Below are positions 1-12,882 of a stretch of DNA of 64,000 nt, piece by piece; position 1 is the stretch's first letter, and the number at the start of each line of letters is the position of its first letter. This DNA is from Callorhinchus milii (taxonomy: Eukaryota). The notes beneath the pieces were generated by a model. That model searched no databases and was not told where the DNA came from. It was given only the letters and a program-made list of their open reading frames with translations. Where the stretch lies: positions 25,422,001 through 25,486,000 of the forward strand of contig NW_024704743.1 of the NCBI RefSeq assembly GCF_018977255.1, read 5' to 3'. The position numbers and the translations under genes are program-made.

Positions 1-1474
1 GTAAAGCTGCCACTTTTTCCAACAAAAACTACGCAGTGATTATTTGTGAAGTGCTTTGAGACATTTAAGTGTAATAAGGTGCTATAAAAAGTCAAGCTTT
101 GGTTTTCTTCTACACATAACCCATTGAGTTTAATTTCTATCCTAACTACATCATTGTTGCTTCTACGGTAGTGACATCTGGGGAAATGATTTAACCATCA
201 GTCCATTCTTTTGTAGCATTATGATGAAGTCAAGCTCCAACACCCACATTTGCAAGGATATTAATATAATGCAAGGATTATTAATATAACTCTATGTCAT
301 TCAGATAGTAATAATAATAATCCCTGCATTTGATATAGTGTCTTTCACATCTTCGAGACGTCTCATGTGTCTTCAAGCCATTTGTTTTGCAGAACTTGGG
401 GAGATCAGGCCCAAACTGATCACTTTCTAACACACCCAAAAAAACAAGTTTCACATGACAGGCAGAGTGCTTACTTTTTGCAGGAATGTAACTCCATTTA
501 GTTGTTTTTGGTTATAACGTTCACAGCTGTGGATTTAATAGCTTTTGAAATGTCTGTAGTTATTTTCTTAAGATAACACCCATGACATTGACGTGTGATG
601 ATGCTCAAATATGACATCGATTAATGCTGCACGACCTTTGATAAATGGAGGGACGCTCACTACGAGGACAATAAGTGCTGAATGTATTGCAAGAAAAAAA
701 ACTCATGCAAATTAAATATTTTGCATCTCCTGGGGCTGCTTTTAAATTCACACAAAATAATGTTTCACTATCTCTCACTTTGGTTAACCAGTCATAACAG
801 CATTTAATTACTTTTAATGACATTCTAACTTGCCTTCATTTTGGTCCAACACAATAGGCTTAAATTCAATCCAGGTTCATGCTGGCTTGGTTTGTTCGTA
901 CTTTTGTCACTGAGTTAGAGGTTGTGAGTTCAAGTCGCGTGTAAGAGATTTTGAGCTCCCCCTTGGTTCACACTTACAGCTTGAGTGCCAAGCCAGCATT
1001 GTTAAGCACCTTAGGGCTTCTGACATGAAAGGTGATGTAAAAATGTAAATTTGTATGGTATTGTATAGTTTAGGCTGTAAATGTTTGAGGTTTTCAGCCA
1101 CTGCACCCCCACCTCTGTAATTCCCTGCCTTAATCACTCTGCTTCGCCCTCTTTAAATCCCACTTTAATACTTACCTCTTCAACTGCTTCATCCCCTTTT
1201 CCCTTGCTCAGCATACAACCCAGCCACTGTGTAGCGCTCAGAGATTCTATCCTGGGTGAAGCACACTATATAAATGCAAGTTGTTGTTGTGATAAGGCAA
1301 CAATATATAAATTGCAAGGATTATTGTTCACATCCTATGCAGAGAGATAAGTGCAAAACATATTGGTTAAAAATTCTGTTCATTGTTACGCATAACTCCT
1401 TTGGTGAGATAATACTAATTAATTTACATTTATATAGTGCCTTTACATTGACATAGTCATAACTACCCTCCTTG

Positions 1475-1970
1475 GGGAGTAGGTAAGCTGTGTCTCCTTG
1501 GAGCAGAACTGTTGACATGCTCGGCAATGAAATGTTAGAATCGAGCCAAACCTCATTGGTGGTCTCTGTAGTCTGGTTCCTGAGCCAGGCGGGTCTGCAG
1601 TACTCCAGGGCACTACTGATAACAGCGCAGCCACCTGGCTCATCGGCAGGACTTGGAAGAGCAAACCAGTCACTGGGGGCAGGGAGTCTTCCCACTCAGC
1701 TCCTGTTAACCCTGCAAGCCAAAACCCTAACCGGCAGGGTGGTCCTTGATGAACAAGCAGTGGAAAAGCTTGCTAGACAGTATTTTCAATAGCAAGTTAT
1801 GAGGTTTTAAGCTAGTTAGACTCCATCAGTACCTCAACACACACTCTGGGGTCCTCAAGCCTTGGATCTTACCAACCAGTGTAGAATGCTCCCCAGAAAT
1901 TGGATAAGCAGGATTCTTAAGCATGGTGATGGGTTTCCATATGTGTCAGACACCCAGCTGATCAAAAAAA
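1475..1970 (+). mobile_element. 3' end copy of the LINE family at 31569-34845
   Basis: Encodes MLESSQTSLVVSVVWFLSQAGLQYSRALLITAQP, matching the 31919-32296 ORF; ends gtgtcagacacccagctgatc plus an A tail. Confidence 0.75.
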
Positions 1971-2494
1971 GAGAGAGGATGTCACAAAGCATTTGCGTGA
2001 CTGTAATAGGAAATCCCATTCCTTGTTGACATCGGATGCATGTAATGCTGAATGGAATATTCACCTATAGATTTTAGAAGGAAATGGAAATTTGCCTCAG
2101 GAAACACTAGTCATTTCTTTCCTTCAGTTCAGCACTTCCTGAGATTCTGGGAAGCACAGTGCATTTGTCACCATTGTAGACATTGTGACAATTTGTCTTC
2201 ATCAATGTGCTGAATGGCAGTCTTGCTGTGCTTGTGTGGTTAGCTGAAGATAGCACGTGGACAGTGATCAAGGCAGGATCTGTACTCAATTTCAAGAAGG
2301 AATCAGATCAGTATCTTAAAAAAGAATATTTTGCAAGGGGTTGGAGAAAGGGCAGGTAAAACGGGATTGAATGTATCGCTCTTTCAAAGAGCCAGCGCAG
2401 ACACAATCGACCGAACAACCTCCTTCCATGCTGTTAAATTCCATGCTTCCGTGGAACAGCTGTGAGGCCCTCACAGTTGGTAATATTAACAGTA

Positions 2495-2716
2495 TTTTGT
2501 TGTTGTCAGCTGGGTGTCTAACACGTGTGGAAACCCATTATCATGCTTAAGAGATCCAAACTAAATTGAGTTCAGTGGGAATGGAAGGTTCAATATCTTG
2601 TTGGAGGGACACATCCAGTTTACCTGATTCTGAATAATTGGGTGCAGATTGAGAAGAGCCAAGGCCTGGGGAACTCGAGCGTGTATTGGTGAACTGCTGG
2701 AATCTAACCTGCTATA
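2495..2716 (-). mobile_element. 3' UTR fragment of the same LINE family
   Basis: gtcagctgggtgtctaacacgtgtggaaacccat...ggagggacacatcc...ccaaggcctgggga matches 31578-31845. Confidence 0.65.
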
Positions 2717-3984
2717 ACCACACAACCACATTTCTATAGCTCCCTTCAACTTAGGATAACGTTTCGGAGCACTTCAAAGTGGTGGAGTTATAGAGAGTCT
2801 TTCACATAAAATTAACATTCTGAAGGGCTTTACTAAATACAGTTGATTAGAAATGAAGGTGAAAGTTGATATTTTGATAAGCCAGCCAGATAAGCAAATA
2901 TAGGTGTTCAATTTGATATTCAATACTTAGGGCTTCTTTCCGACGTGAAGGGTGTAATTTGTAATTTGTGTAATTACAAGTGTAATTTGTTGTTGTTGTA
3001 GGGCCCTAAGCACCTGCAGAAATGCCTTTTCAATTGTGCATTTGGTTACCTCCCCCACCCCCTTGTACGCTCCACCCTGCTGTCAGCTGTGTACAGCGTC
3101 TTCCCGATGTGAAAGAAGCTTTATAAGTGTAAAATGTTGTTGCTGGTCAGGGGTAAAATGGAGGTAAACTGGACAATAGATAATTAAAATAAATAATTAA
3201 AACAAGTAATTAAATAAATAATTAAAATAAATAAAAGGCAATACAATTGGGTGTTACTAAAGCCAGATTGTGATTCCCCCCGCTTCCCCATTTATGACTG
3301 TTTCCATTTGTTGGGATCTGTCGTGTGTAAGGCGGCCCAGCTGATAATAATAACGGATACGAGCGTGTGTTATTTTTACTCATAACTTTGGCATGAAAAG
3401 TAATTCCATTAAGATGAAACACTCACTGGATGAAGAGCTATGCTGGAAATTATGAGCTCTAGAGACTTAATGCCGTGCTTTCCTTCAGTTTGTAAATCAG
3501 CTACAGAACTGTTGCTGTCGGAAGTGTTTAACGTGAAACATCTCATTACGACAATGTATACTTTGCTAAATACAAAATTTGACACTGTGTGGAGTTGTTG
3601 CTTCATTTTCAGTTCCCTGGGATGAATGTTGAATGGGGCTACTTCAAGCTTTGTTTAAAGTACATATTGTTCTCTTCATGGTGCACAGTTACTTCTGCAG
3701 AAGCTTTCATTATAACACGTCTACTTTAATCAACCAATTAATCCCATTACGTGACTGCTTATCAATATTGTGAAGCACTAAATGAGCCGTGGGCTCTATT
3801 TAGTACTTCATTGTGCCACTTGTACCCATGACAAAGTATTTCATTACTTTGGGGAAAACTGCAGGCGGAGATAGGTACATAGAGATGTGTAGGAATAGAA
3901 AAGAACTTTCCAGTCAATCAAACCACTTCCAGAATAAGAAACAAATATTCCTACATTGTTCTATCTCTATCAATCACTGAACTG

Positions 3985-4690
3985 TAATAATAATCCTTGC
4001 ATTTGATATAGCGCCTTATCACGTTGTTGAGATGTCTCAAAGCACTTGAACTGTTTCTACAGGACGTCAGCAAGAGTAATAGAAACTTCGAGTTATGATT
4101 TACTGTGGATTTCTGACCTTTTTATTAAAGTCAGCGTCATATGATGTTCGAGTTTTCTGTTGAACACCATAGTTATTGATATCTGTGCACCAGTTGCCCC
4201 TTCCAATTAACTATTATAGAAGTGTTTTGCTTTACACTGCTTATGGTTCCTATGAATTGCTTGAAGGGATTACACTGTCAACCTCCCCCCCACCCCCCTA
4301 CCTCCAGAAGTGGTTACAATGGCAATGAAAAATACTCTGCCTTCTTTGAACTATCATGGACTTGTGCTATACTTCCAGAAATTACTTCCTGAATTCCAAC
4401 TTCGAGCATTCCTGACTGCCCAACCTGCCCCATCCACAAAACTGTAGAAATGCCAAACTTGTAATCACAAGTGGCAAAGAAACTAAGATTCTTTATCTAC
4501 AGCACACAGAAAGCCTCAACCCACAGAGGGAATATCTGTCATTTTGGTACTATTCCTATGCGCAATGCTGTCATTTTCGCTCTGTCTAGCAGCTTGTTCT
4601 CTTTCAGTTTCTTTCTGTCTCTCACCTTTCGTAGGTGTTCGACTCCACAAATCACAGTCACCACACTTTACAGTAAATCCCGTGAAGTGC
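3985..4690 (+). repeat. About 700 bp direct duplication, copy 1
   Basis: Colinear with 36794-37490; ORFs 4471 and 37284 both read [20 protein letters not shown]. Confidence 0.95.
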
Positions 4691-5446
4691 TTTGAGATGT
4701 CCTCTCAATGCAAAATGAATGTTATCCAGCATGAAATCCCAACAAAATATCGAATGCAAGGTTTATTAATTTATTATTTTTTATTATTCTCACTCCTTCT
4801 TCTACCTTGAAGCTTTTACCTAACCATCCCCCTAGAATTATAGAGCAGCGGATGTTGGTTAGCCTATATTTTCTCTGAGACAAATGCCTGAGTTTCAGTG
4901 GTTGCACTGACACGCTGCAGTATGGCTCTAATTTCTTGGCCATTGCTACTAAACTGGAAGCACCTGTTTGAAAAGTAAGGTGGAGATTCGTCTTTGAGAA
5001 GGGTTATTTTCTTCAATCCTGTCACTGTCTGGCTGAAATGATCCAGATATTCTCTACACCATATGTTTTGGCAAAATTAACTTTAAATGGAGCTTTTCAT
5101 TTTCCGCTTTATGTTAGTGATAATTGTTTTAGAATTCCCTGCAAATTCCTGTTAAGGTGGCCTCTGGACATTTGTATTAAACCCCCAGAATTAACTGCAC
5201 CGCATGGATTAATTCACTGCAGTGCAATGAAGGGAATTTCTCACGGTTTTCTGGCCAACAGTGCCCCAGGTAAAACTGGTCCTTCGCTTCATGCCTGTTT
5301 GTGGGACATTATTGTGTGTAAATAGTTTTGTGATCACCTAGAATTTACACAATCACGACAACTCAACAATAAAACTTGTCAAGCTGTTTAAGACATACTC
5401 CCGACGTGAAAGGCACTGTAATAAATGTAAGGAATATTATATTATT

Positions 5447-5870
5447 GTGTCAACTTGGCTTTGTTGGTTGCACCTTGCCACTGAGTCAGAATGTCGTTGG
5501 TTCAAGTCCCACGGTGAGACTTTGAACTCACAGTCAACGCTGACATTCCAGTGCAGTGCTGGGGGTGTAGTGCATTGTCGGAATTGCCATTCTCCAGATG
5601 AAACGTTAAACTGAGATCCTGTCTGCCTGTTTTGGGGGATATTAAAGATAATACGATAGCACTGTTCAAAAAAAAAGTGAGTTTCTCCCAATATCCCCCA
5701 AATAAAATTGATCAATCACTTCACGGCTGTTTGTGGGACATTGTGGTGCAGAAATGGATTGTTGCGTTCATCCACAAATTGCACAGTCACGACATCTCAT
5801 TTACTGTGAAGTGCTTTGAAATGTCTCTCTAATGCGATAAGGAACTTTTTCAAATGCAAGGTTTCTTATG
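5447..5870 (+). mobile_element. SINE family B (DeuSINE, SacSINE1-like)
   Basis: tRNA-like head ctgagtcagaatgtcgttggttcaagtccc; Deu domain gctgacattccagtgcagtgctg...gatgaaacgttaaactgag...; tail caaatgcaagg. Confidence 0.8.
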
Positions 5871-7562
5871 ATTACAAAATAATTTTTAGTGATAAGGGAG
5901 GAGCATTCGCACAAACCTGTTTCTGGGTTTGTACTGACGAAAGGCTTGAAGAAATTGGAATGCTTTGTAAACCTGTTTTCTTTTGTTCCTGAGCCTGCGT
6001 GATATCATGGGCATCATTAAGGTACAATGGGTTCATCATTCCATCAGCAAGACACAAAAAAAAGGCTTGCAGCTTGCGCTCAGCATATCTGTAACACGCA
6101 TGATTTCTTAAGAGTGTTCTAAATTGAAACAAATTCCCTGAGCTCTTGGGTACTGCTGTCAACGTCATTTAGGGTGAATTTTCCTCAGTGTAAATACTAA
6201 GCACTGGTGTTTGATTTTCTTGGGTACTGTAGCTGCTTTCTGTGAGCTACTGTAACAGAGTTACGTATTCGGGAGAATTTAGACTTGTTATTGGATGGTT
6301 TTCAGCAACGTTTTTGCCCGTCTGATTTTGATTCCGTTTGTGGTTGTTTGACATGCTAGTGATTAGGGATTGTGACTGAGTACAAGAGCACTCCCTTCCC
6401 AAAAGTGGTTATTGGCAGGAGTGGGAGGTCAATGGACATGGATTTCTGGGGTACAGTTTGAAGGATGATGCAAGTCCTTTATAAAGGGAGCTAGGTGAAA
6501 AGCAGAACATGGGAAATTTGATAGATTATCAAAGGTGAAGGTGATAATAAGTCAAGGGCTGTTCAGGTTTCTGTATAAATTGGGAGCTCTCTCTAACGTA
6601 GAGAGAAAATATGGTAGTCACTGCCAATATCAAGTACCATATCTTTTCTCTATGTTATGGAGTCCAAACCAAGCCTTGGTTGTTTAATGGAATTGTCTAT
6701 GTCTGGATAAGGTAGCGACCAGAGGGTCTAAAAGAGAATTTCAGAGAAAGTACTTCACACAGAGGGTAGCGCAAATGTGGAACTTGTGATTGAAACGGTA
6801 AAGATACATTTAAGAGGGAGAAGGGAATAGAAGGGTATGGGAGGGAGTAAGGAGTGGGTGGAAATTAATGTAGTATAAACACACCAGTTGGACCAAATGG
6901 TCTGTTTCTGTGCTTTACCATCTATTGTAAATAATTATCAAATAGTTGTTATAAACATCTTTTGAAACCTGTGAAAAAACGAGGAATGCTGACAAGTGTG
7001 AAAACTCTGGATTTTTCTTTGTCAGTAATAGCAAAAGAATTACAGTGCAGCTCTGTCCGTTGTATTTTAGTATGAATCTGGTTATAATGGAGTTGCAATT
7101 TGGTCCTCATTCACTGTGCATATGAACAGTTTTCCAAAAGTAGTTGGCCTTTGTGCTAAAAAGGCCGATTTTCTCTTCACTGAGTTGCCACTGATGTCAC
7201 TGCCTGCATGTAGGAAGTGATGTTGACGGTGACCTAGAAGTTGGCCAATACAGACTTAGTTAGAGAGAGAGAGAATGAGTGAGCCAACCTTCCTCATGTA
7301 TCTTGCTATAAGGAGGCTTAACACTGGATGACCTGTGCCGGCTAGACTGAGCAATTGGCTGATTTTTATTTGCCTTTTATAGTAATTGAGAACCAGCCAG
7401 AATTTGTCTTGGGAAATTAATTGTGGGTTATCTGGATGTAACCAGACTTTTTTAAAAAAAATCACTGAATGTCTTATTTAATAGTAGTACAATCGTATTA
7501 AATACAATTACACTGTGATGCAGAGCAAAAATGCAGTTATGAGTTCAACTTCAGTTGTTCAC

Positions 7563-7892
7563 TGCGAGAAACCTGGGGTTGATTCCCAGCAGGGTGAAAT
7601 GTTGAGCAAGTTTCCTTACTCCACACGCCTCTGTTTACCTAGCAGTAAGTAGGAACCTGGTTGTTAATCGAATGGCAGATCGCTTTTCCAGGAGTAATAA
7701 TTCATTCAGTAAAATAAAATTTAAAATAATAATAAATCCATGACTGTTTGTGGGACACTGCTACGCACAATTGGCTGCCGAGCTTCGCCTACAAAATAAA
7801 CAGTCAATACACTTTACAGTATATTCTGTAAAGTGCTTTGAGACATCTCAAAGATGTGATAAGGCGCTATATCAAATGGAAGGATTATTATT
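7563..7892 (+). mobile_element. SINE family A, long form, 5'-truncated
   Basis: ctctgtttacctagcagtaagtaggaacctggttgtt followed by Deu-like body and tail. Confidence 0.85.
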
Positions 7893-8752
7893 TATACAGC
7901 ACATTTCACAGTGGGACAGTGTCCCAAAGCGCTTAAAATACTGGCTGAGATGGGAACTGGAGGGAGTTGGGTGGGATCATTGGGGAAGGGAATGATGACC
8001 GAAGCATGGTCACAGAGGTAGGTCTTGAGACAAACCTTGAATGAGGTGAGGGAGGAAGCAAATCAGATGGAGTTTCAAAGTGTGGGGGCAGAATGGCTAA
8101 AAATCTGTTGTTTATGGGACAGATAGGACGGGAGACATTAAGCAGGCTATTATAATGTGCTTCACTGTATTATTCACCATTTGCTTACAGCATGGCTGCA
8201 CTGGGGATCCTGTTTACTACTATGCAGCCATCCTGCTAACATTAGGTGGGGTTCGATATCGCTACCTGCTTTGCCAGCTTATGCAAGACAGGAAGTGATG
8301 TTGGAAGGGGCCTCATGACCTGAATGTTGTTCATTTTTTACTTCCTGTGCTTAATCGAATGTCTGCCTTCCAGTTCATCGGGTCACTGCCAACATCACAT
8401 CCTGCTTTACAGGCTGTGTGCGTCCACAGTAAAATATGTTATCGTGCCTCACTATATAACATGGGATAGGATTTTAGGAATACCAAATGTGGTGTTATAA
8501 AGGAGTTCCACTGTATTACAATATTAAATACTAATGCAATGCAAGGGCCACACATGAATTTACCCAGAAGGTGGGTTTATTTTCCAAACCCCTCTTGCCT
8601 CCCCCAGATCCATCTGAGGAGACTAATATTTCTCAACCTCTTGTCTACATTGATTATTCTAACTCTGCAAGGGGGATACTTTATCCCAAAAGCCCCAAGT
8701 TATTAAGAATCACATCTCTAAATATCTTGGCAGTGATGAAATCAAATTAGAT

Positions 8753-9791
8753 GGGAATCAAACGCGGAGAAGCGAGAAAAAAAGGTCAATTATCCGGAGC
8801 AATGTGATGTGGATCCTGGCTGGACTTGCAATACAGTTTACATTTATATAATGCCTTTCGCTATGAGAGATTGTGCCAATGCACATTCACAGCACAGGAT
8901 GGACATCTGAGCTGGAGGTGGGAGCTGAGTGGGGTGGGGAGGGGAAAGCTGACTGAAAGAGTGGTCAAAGAGGTATATTTTGAGTCATCCTTGAAAGAGG
9001 GGAGTGAGTGAGGGAGGGAGTGAGTTGGAGGGACTCTAGAATTAAAACATTAGAGTCCTCAAGTTATAGGGATCATGCAGTATTTAATCTATGGGTCAAG
9101 CCAGTTATTTAAACCAACCTTCGTCTTAAGCTTCCAAATTCAACTCGCTTAAAATGGAAAATAGACCCAGAACATAATGGAAATCAAGGTTTTATAATTG
9201 AATATTACTTCATTCCGATTTTTTTTCTCTCTCTCACATTTTGAACCAGTTCATTGTCAAACAACAATCTGCTATCCATTTACTTTCTGTTTTATTACAA
9301 TATCTGTTATTCTATCTTCTACAAATACACAGTCACTCCACGTTTTATAGCAAAATCCTATGACAGACTTTTAAACTCTTTTGACAATGTGATCAGAGGC
9401 ATATCAAATGCAAGGATTATTATTTTTATTATCTATGGTCTTAATAGGTTTACCTATTATGAACAAATGGGGAGGTTAGGCGAATGCATTTCTCACACAG
9501 AGTAGTCAGGATATGCCCTGCCAGGAGCAGTGATTGGGGCAGATTCCGTATTCGCTTTCAAAAGTTAACCATATAAAATACCTAAAAAAAATCTAACTAC
9601 TGAGGTATGGGGAAAGGGCAGGTAAATGGGACTGAAAGGATGGCTCTTAAACGAGTAACAAGGGAATCAAACCTGGAGAAAGTAACAAAAAAGTAAATCA
9701 GCCCCAGAACTGTGATGTAGCTCCTGGCTGGACTTGCAATACAATTTTCCTTTATATAGTGCCTTTCACTATGAGAGGATGTGCCAAAGCA
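8753..9791 (+). repeat. About 130 bp diverged local duplication (8753-8883 and 9662-9791)
   Basis: gggaatcaaac..ggaga...tgtgatgt.g.tcctggctggacttgcaataca...tttatata.tgcctttc.ctatgagag..tgtgccaa present twice. Confidence 0.8.
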
Positions 9792-9868
9792 TATATAGCA
9801 TAGACCTGCAATATAGAATATTCTATTAAGTGTTTTGAGACATTTCGAAGATGTGATAAGTCGCTATA

Positions 9869-10181
9869 TAATAATAATAATAATAAAAAATCCTTGCATT
9901 TGATATAGCGCTTTTCACGTCTTCAAGATGTCTCAAAGCGCTTCACAGAATAGATTGTAAAGTTAATTGACTATACAAAATGCGGCAGCCAATTGCGTAC
10001 AGCAATGTCCCACAAACAGTCGTGGATTGAAATGACCAATTTATTATTGTGTTTTTTTGAGGGATTATTATCAGACGCGTGGAGTAAGGAAACTTGCCCA
10101 AGGTTTCACTCTGCCTGGAATTGAACCCAGGTCTCTTGCTTGCAAAGCAAGCGCTCTAACCACTGAGCTACAGGACTCCAC
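9869..10181 (-). mobile_element. SINE family A, short form
   Basis: Reverse complement; ends ctaaccactgagctacaggactccac. Confidence 0.9.
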
Positions 10182-10427
10182 ACTATATCAAAAATCTGAA
10201 TATTACAGCACAGAACGAGGCCATTCGGCCCATAATATGTGGCGCTGAACACAACTCGGGTTAGCCATTCCTATGTAATACATGGTGCAATAAATCCCAC
10301 AATTGCAGCTTTTCAAGATTATAAACCCTCTTTAACAACATCAATTGTTGTTAGACACCTGTCCTTCAGGTGAGATGTTAAACTGAGGTTCCCAACTTAC
10401 AACCCGCTGCCTCTAGCAAACCAGTTA

Positions 10428-10746
10428 TAATAAATAATAATAATCCTTGCATTTAATATAGAGCTTTTTAGGTCTTCTGGACGTCTCAAAGCGCTTAACA
10501 GACTATACTGTAAAGTGAATTGGCCGTAATTTGTGGGCGAAACGCGGCAGCCAATTGCGCACAGCAGTGTCCCACAAACAATCGTGGATTGAAGTGACCA
10601 ATTTATTATTGTTTTTTTTTCTTGAGGGATTATCATCGGGCATGTGGAGTAAGGAAACTTGCCCAAGGTTTTGCCTTGCCGGAAATCGAACCCAGGTCTC
10701 TCGCTTGCGAGGCGAGCGCTCTAACCACTGAGCTACAGGACTCCAC
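10428..10746 (-). mobile_element. SINE family A, short form
   Basis: Reverse-complement copy with intact tRNA head. Confidence 0.9.
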
Positions 10747-11473
10747 ACCAGTAGTTTCACTGAAGTGGAGAAAATAAATGCCACGGTTATGTGCCAGTAA
10801 TGTAAGTTTGGAGCTTGTTCCAAATATACCCATGTACTGTGAGTTGGAAGTGATTCTGGCGTCATTTCGTAAAGGAAATGATGTCAGCAGCGTTCTGTGC
10901 GCACTGCCCGTGTATCCACGATGTGTAGGAAGTGACATGAAATATTGCACCCAGACAAATGCATGCAATTGGGCTGCTCTATGCATCTTCTATACAATGG
11001 CCTTTCATTCTACACAGTGGTAATTATTTCCACATGCCGTGCCAATTCATTCGATATAATTACACTTCATTCTATTTCGTGGCTGCAGGGATGATGTACG
11101 TTTGAAACATCCTACCAGCAAGAGTGGTCAATTTGTCAAACAAACATCCCCTCACCCCCTCCTCTCCCCCCATCTTCTTCTCCAGCTTCTCACGAGGCTC
11201 TATGCTCCATATACAAGGGAATCAATGCAAGAATTGTAGGTCACAGCTCGTTTTTTAAGAAGGCGATTTGTTGTGTATAAAATCTGTTTTGCACAGTGAA
11301 CGCAGTTTGGGTTTTATGCTGAAGTATAAAGCTCATGTTCGTCAGATAATTATTGCATCAAATCTGTTAAGAAACATAGGAATTCCAGGCAATAATTATC
11401 CAAGTAACTTTGATACTGTGGCTTTGACTGAAGGGAAAGGAAGCCACTAAAACCTACTAACTTTACTCTCACT

Positions 11474-11540
11474 AGCACCCATCACCTCTGCTCTCTCGAG
11501 CACCCATCACCTCTGGTCTCACGAGCACCCATCACCTTTG
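11474..11540 (+). repeat. 25-bp tandem repeat, about 2.7 units
   Basis: agcacccatcacctctgctctctcg / agcacccatcacctctggtctcacg / agcacccatcacctttg. Confidence 0.9.
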
Positions 11541-11639
11541 ATGCCCCTCGTGTCTGCCTTTTTTCCATTTGCGGATTGTTTCATTGGCCCTTCCCGGGCT
11601 ATGGGCATATCTCAATTGGAGTTGCAAAACATATTTATA

Positions 11640-12010
11640 TAATAATCCTTGTATTTGATATAGCACCTTATCACTTCTTCTAGACGTCTCAAAGCGCTTC
11701 ACAGAATATACTGTAAAGTGAATTGACTGTATATTGATGTGGGTGAAACACGGCAGCCAATTAATTGCACACAGCAGTGTCCCACAAACAGTCCTGGATT
11801 AAGTGACCAATTTATTATTAGTTTTTTTTTGAAGGAATTATTACCACTGGAAAAGCCAATCCACTAACAACCAGGTTCCTACTATTGCTAGGTAAACAGA
11901 GGCGTGCGGAGTAAGGAAACTTTCCCAATGTTTCGCTCTGCTGGAAATCGAACCCAGGTTTCTCTCGCTTGCTAGCCGAGTGCTCTAACCACTGAGCTAC
12001 AGGAATCCAC
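11640..12010 (-). mobile_element. SINE family A, long form
   Basis: Has the central block ctctgtttacctagcaatagtaggaacctggttgttag. Confidence 0.9.
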
Positions 12011-12384
12011 ATTTTAACCTTGTAACTTAAATAAGGAATGGAACGTGTTTAGGAATCCTGCAATTTCGACCCCGCTGTCTCACTCTGCTTTCTTCTTCTT
12101 CTCTGTTTTCTTCTCTCCATCTCTTCTTTCTGTTTAATCTCTCCTCTCTGTGTGAAGTATTTTGGCACATTCGTTTTACTGGGAAATACGCCCTCTTGGG
12201 GTCATAACTGAGAGTCCCGAGGAGCCTAAAAAAACATTTGATATCTGATACAACAAATAATAATGAATTAGGTTCCATTACAGTCGGGCTTAACCTTTCA
12301 GAACAGCATTCACTGCCTGCCAGCAGTCATCAATATTTAACAGCTGTTGTTATTATGAAATTCTTTATAGAGTTATGTGGCCTG

Positions 12385-12785
12385 CCCGTTTGCACGCAAT
12401 GGTTTGACTGTGTGCCAGCAGCCTGTCAGCGACTGAAAGAGATTGACAGTCTGCTGCGTTGCGTGACAGTGGGGCTTTGGTCAAACAGCAGTTTGTCTTC
12501 CAAAAAAAGCCTTCCCTCCCTCCGGTGATCTGGTTGGATGGATTTTAACTGGTATTAGGTTGGGGGAGGGGGAGGGTGGGGGAGAGGAAAGCGGAGGAGG
12601 TAGCCAGGCGGAGTTATACTGATGAGATGGCTCCATGCCCAACTCCCGCCCATGTGCCTCCAGTGAAGCTATCTCCCGTGCTGCCTGCACGCAATGCTGT
12701 CAGGGATGAGTGTGTTTAGATACGCGTGAGAGGTTATTAATCCTGAGACATGGCATCCTGGTGATCCAGAATAAAGCGTGAGGGA
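12385..12785. promoter_or_regulatory. Intronic cluster of AHR/ARNT response elements (XRE/AHRE) with GC boxes
   Basis: CACGCAA 12393-12399, TTGCGTG 12459-12465, CACGCAA 12688-12694; GCGTG cores at 12724 and 12776; G-rich tract 12562-12600; CCCGCCC near 12645. Unique, relatively CpG-rich sequence. Confidence 0.7.
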
Positions 12786-12839
12786 AAATAAAACCCTGCA
12801 AATCCATGTACAGTCAACAGAAGTTGAGCACACTTTCCT

Positions 12840-12842
12840 TCT

Positions 12843-12880
<38 letters not shown>
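12840..12880 (+). repeat. (CT)n microsatellite
   Basis: Direct reading. Confidence 0.9.

Positions 12881-12882
<2 letters not shown>

Noticed and set aside
10670..10746. tRNA-Ala-like cloverleafs (also at about 24916, 32324, 29270, 10110)
   Set aside because: Each is the head of a SINE and runs straight into SINE body. The copies carry independent mutations, so they are not tRNA genes.
11474..11540. Short spaced repeats that might suggest a CRISPR array
   Set aside because: Plain 25-bp tandem repeat with no unique spacers, in eukaryotic intron.
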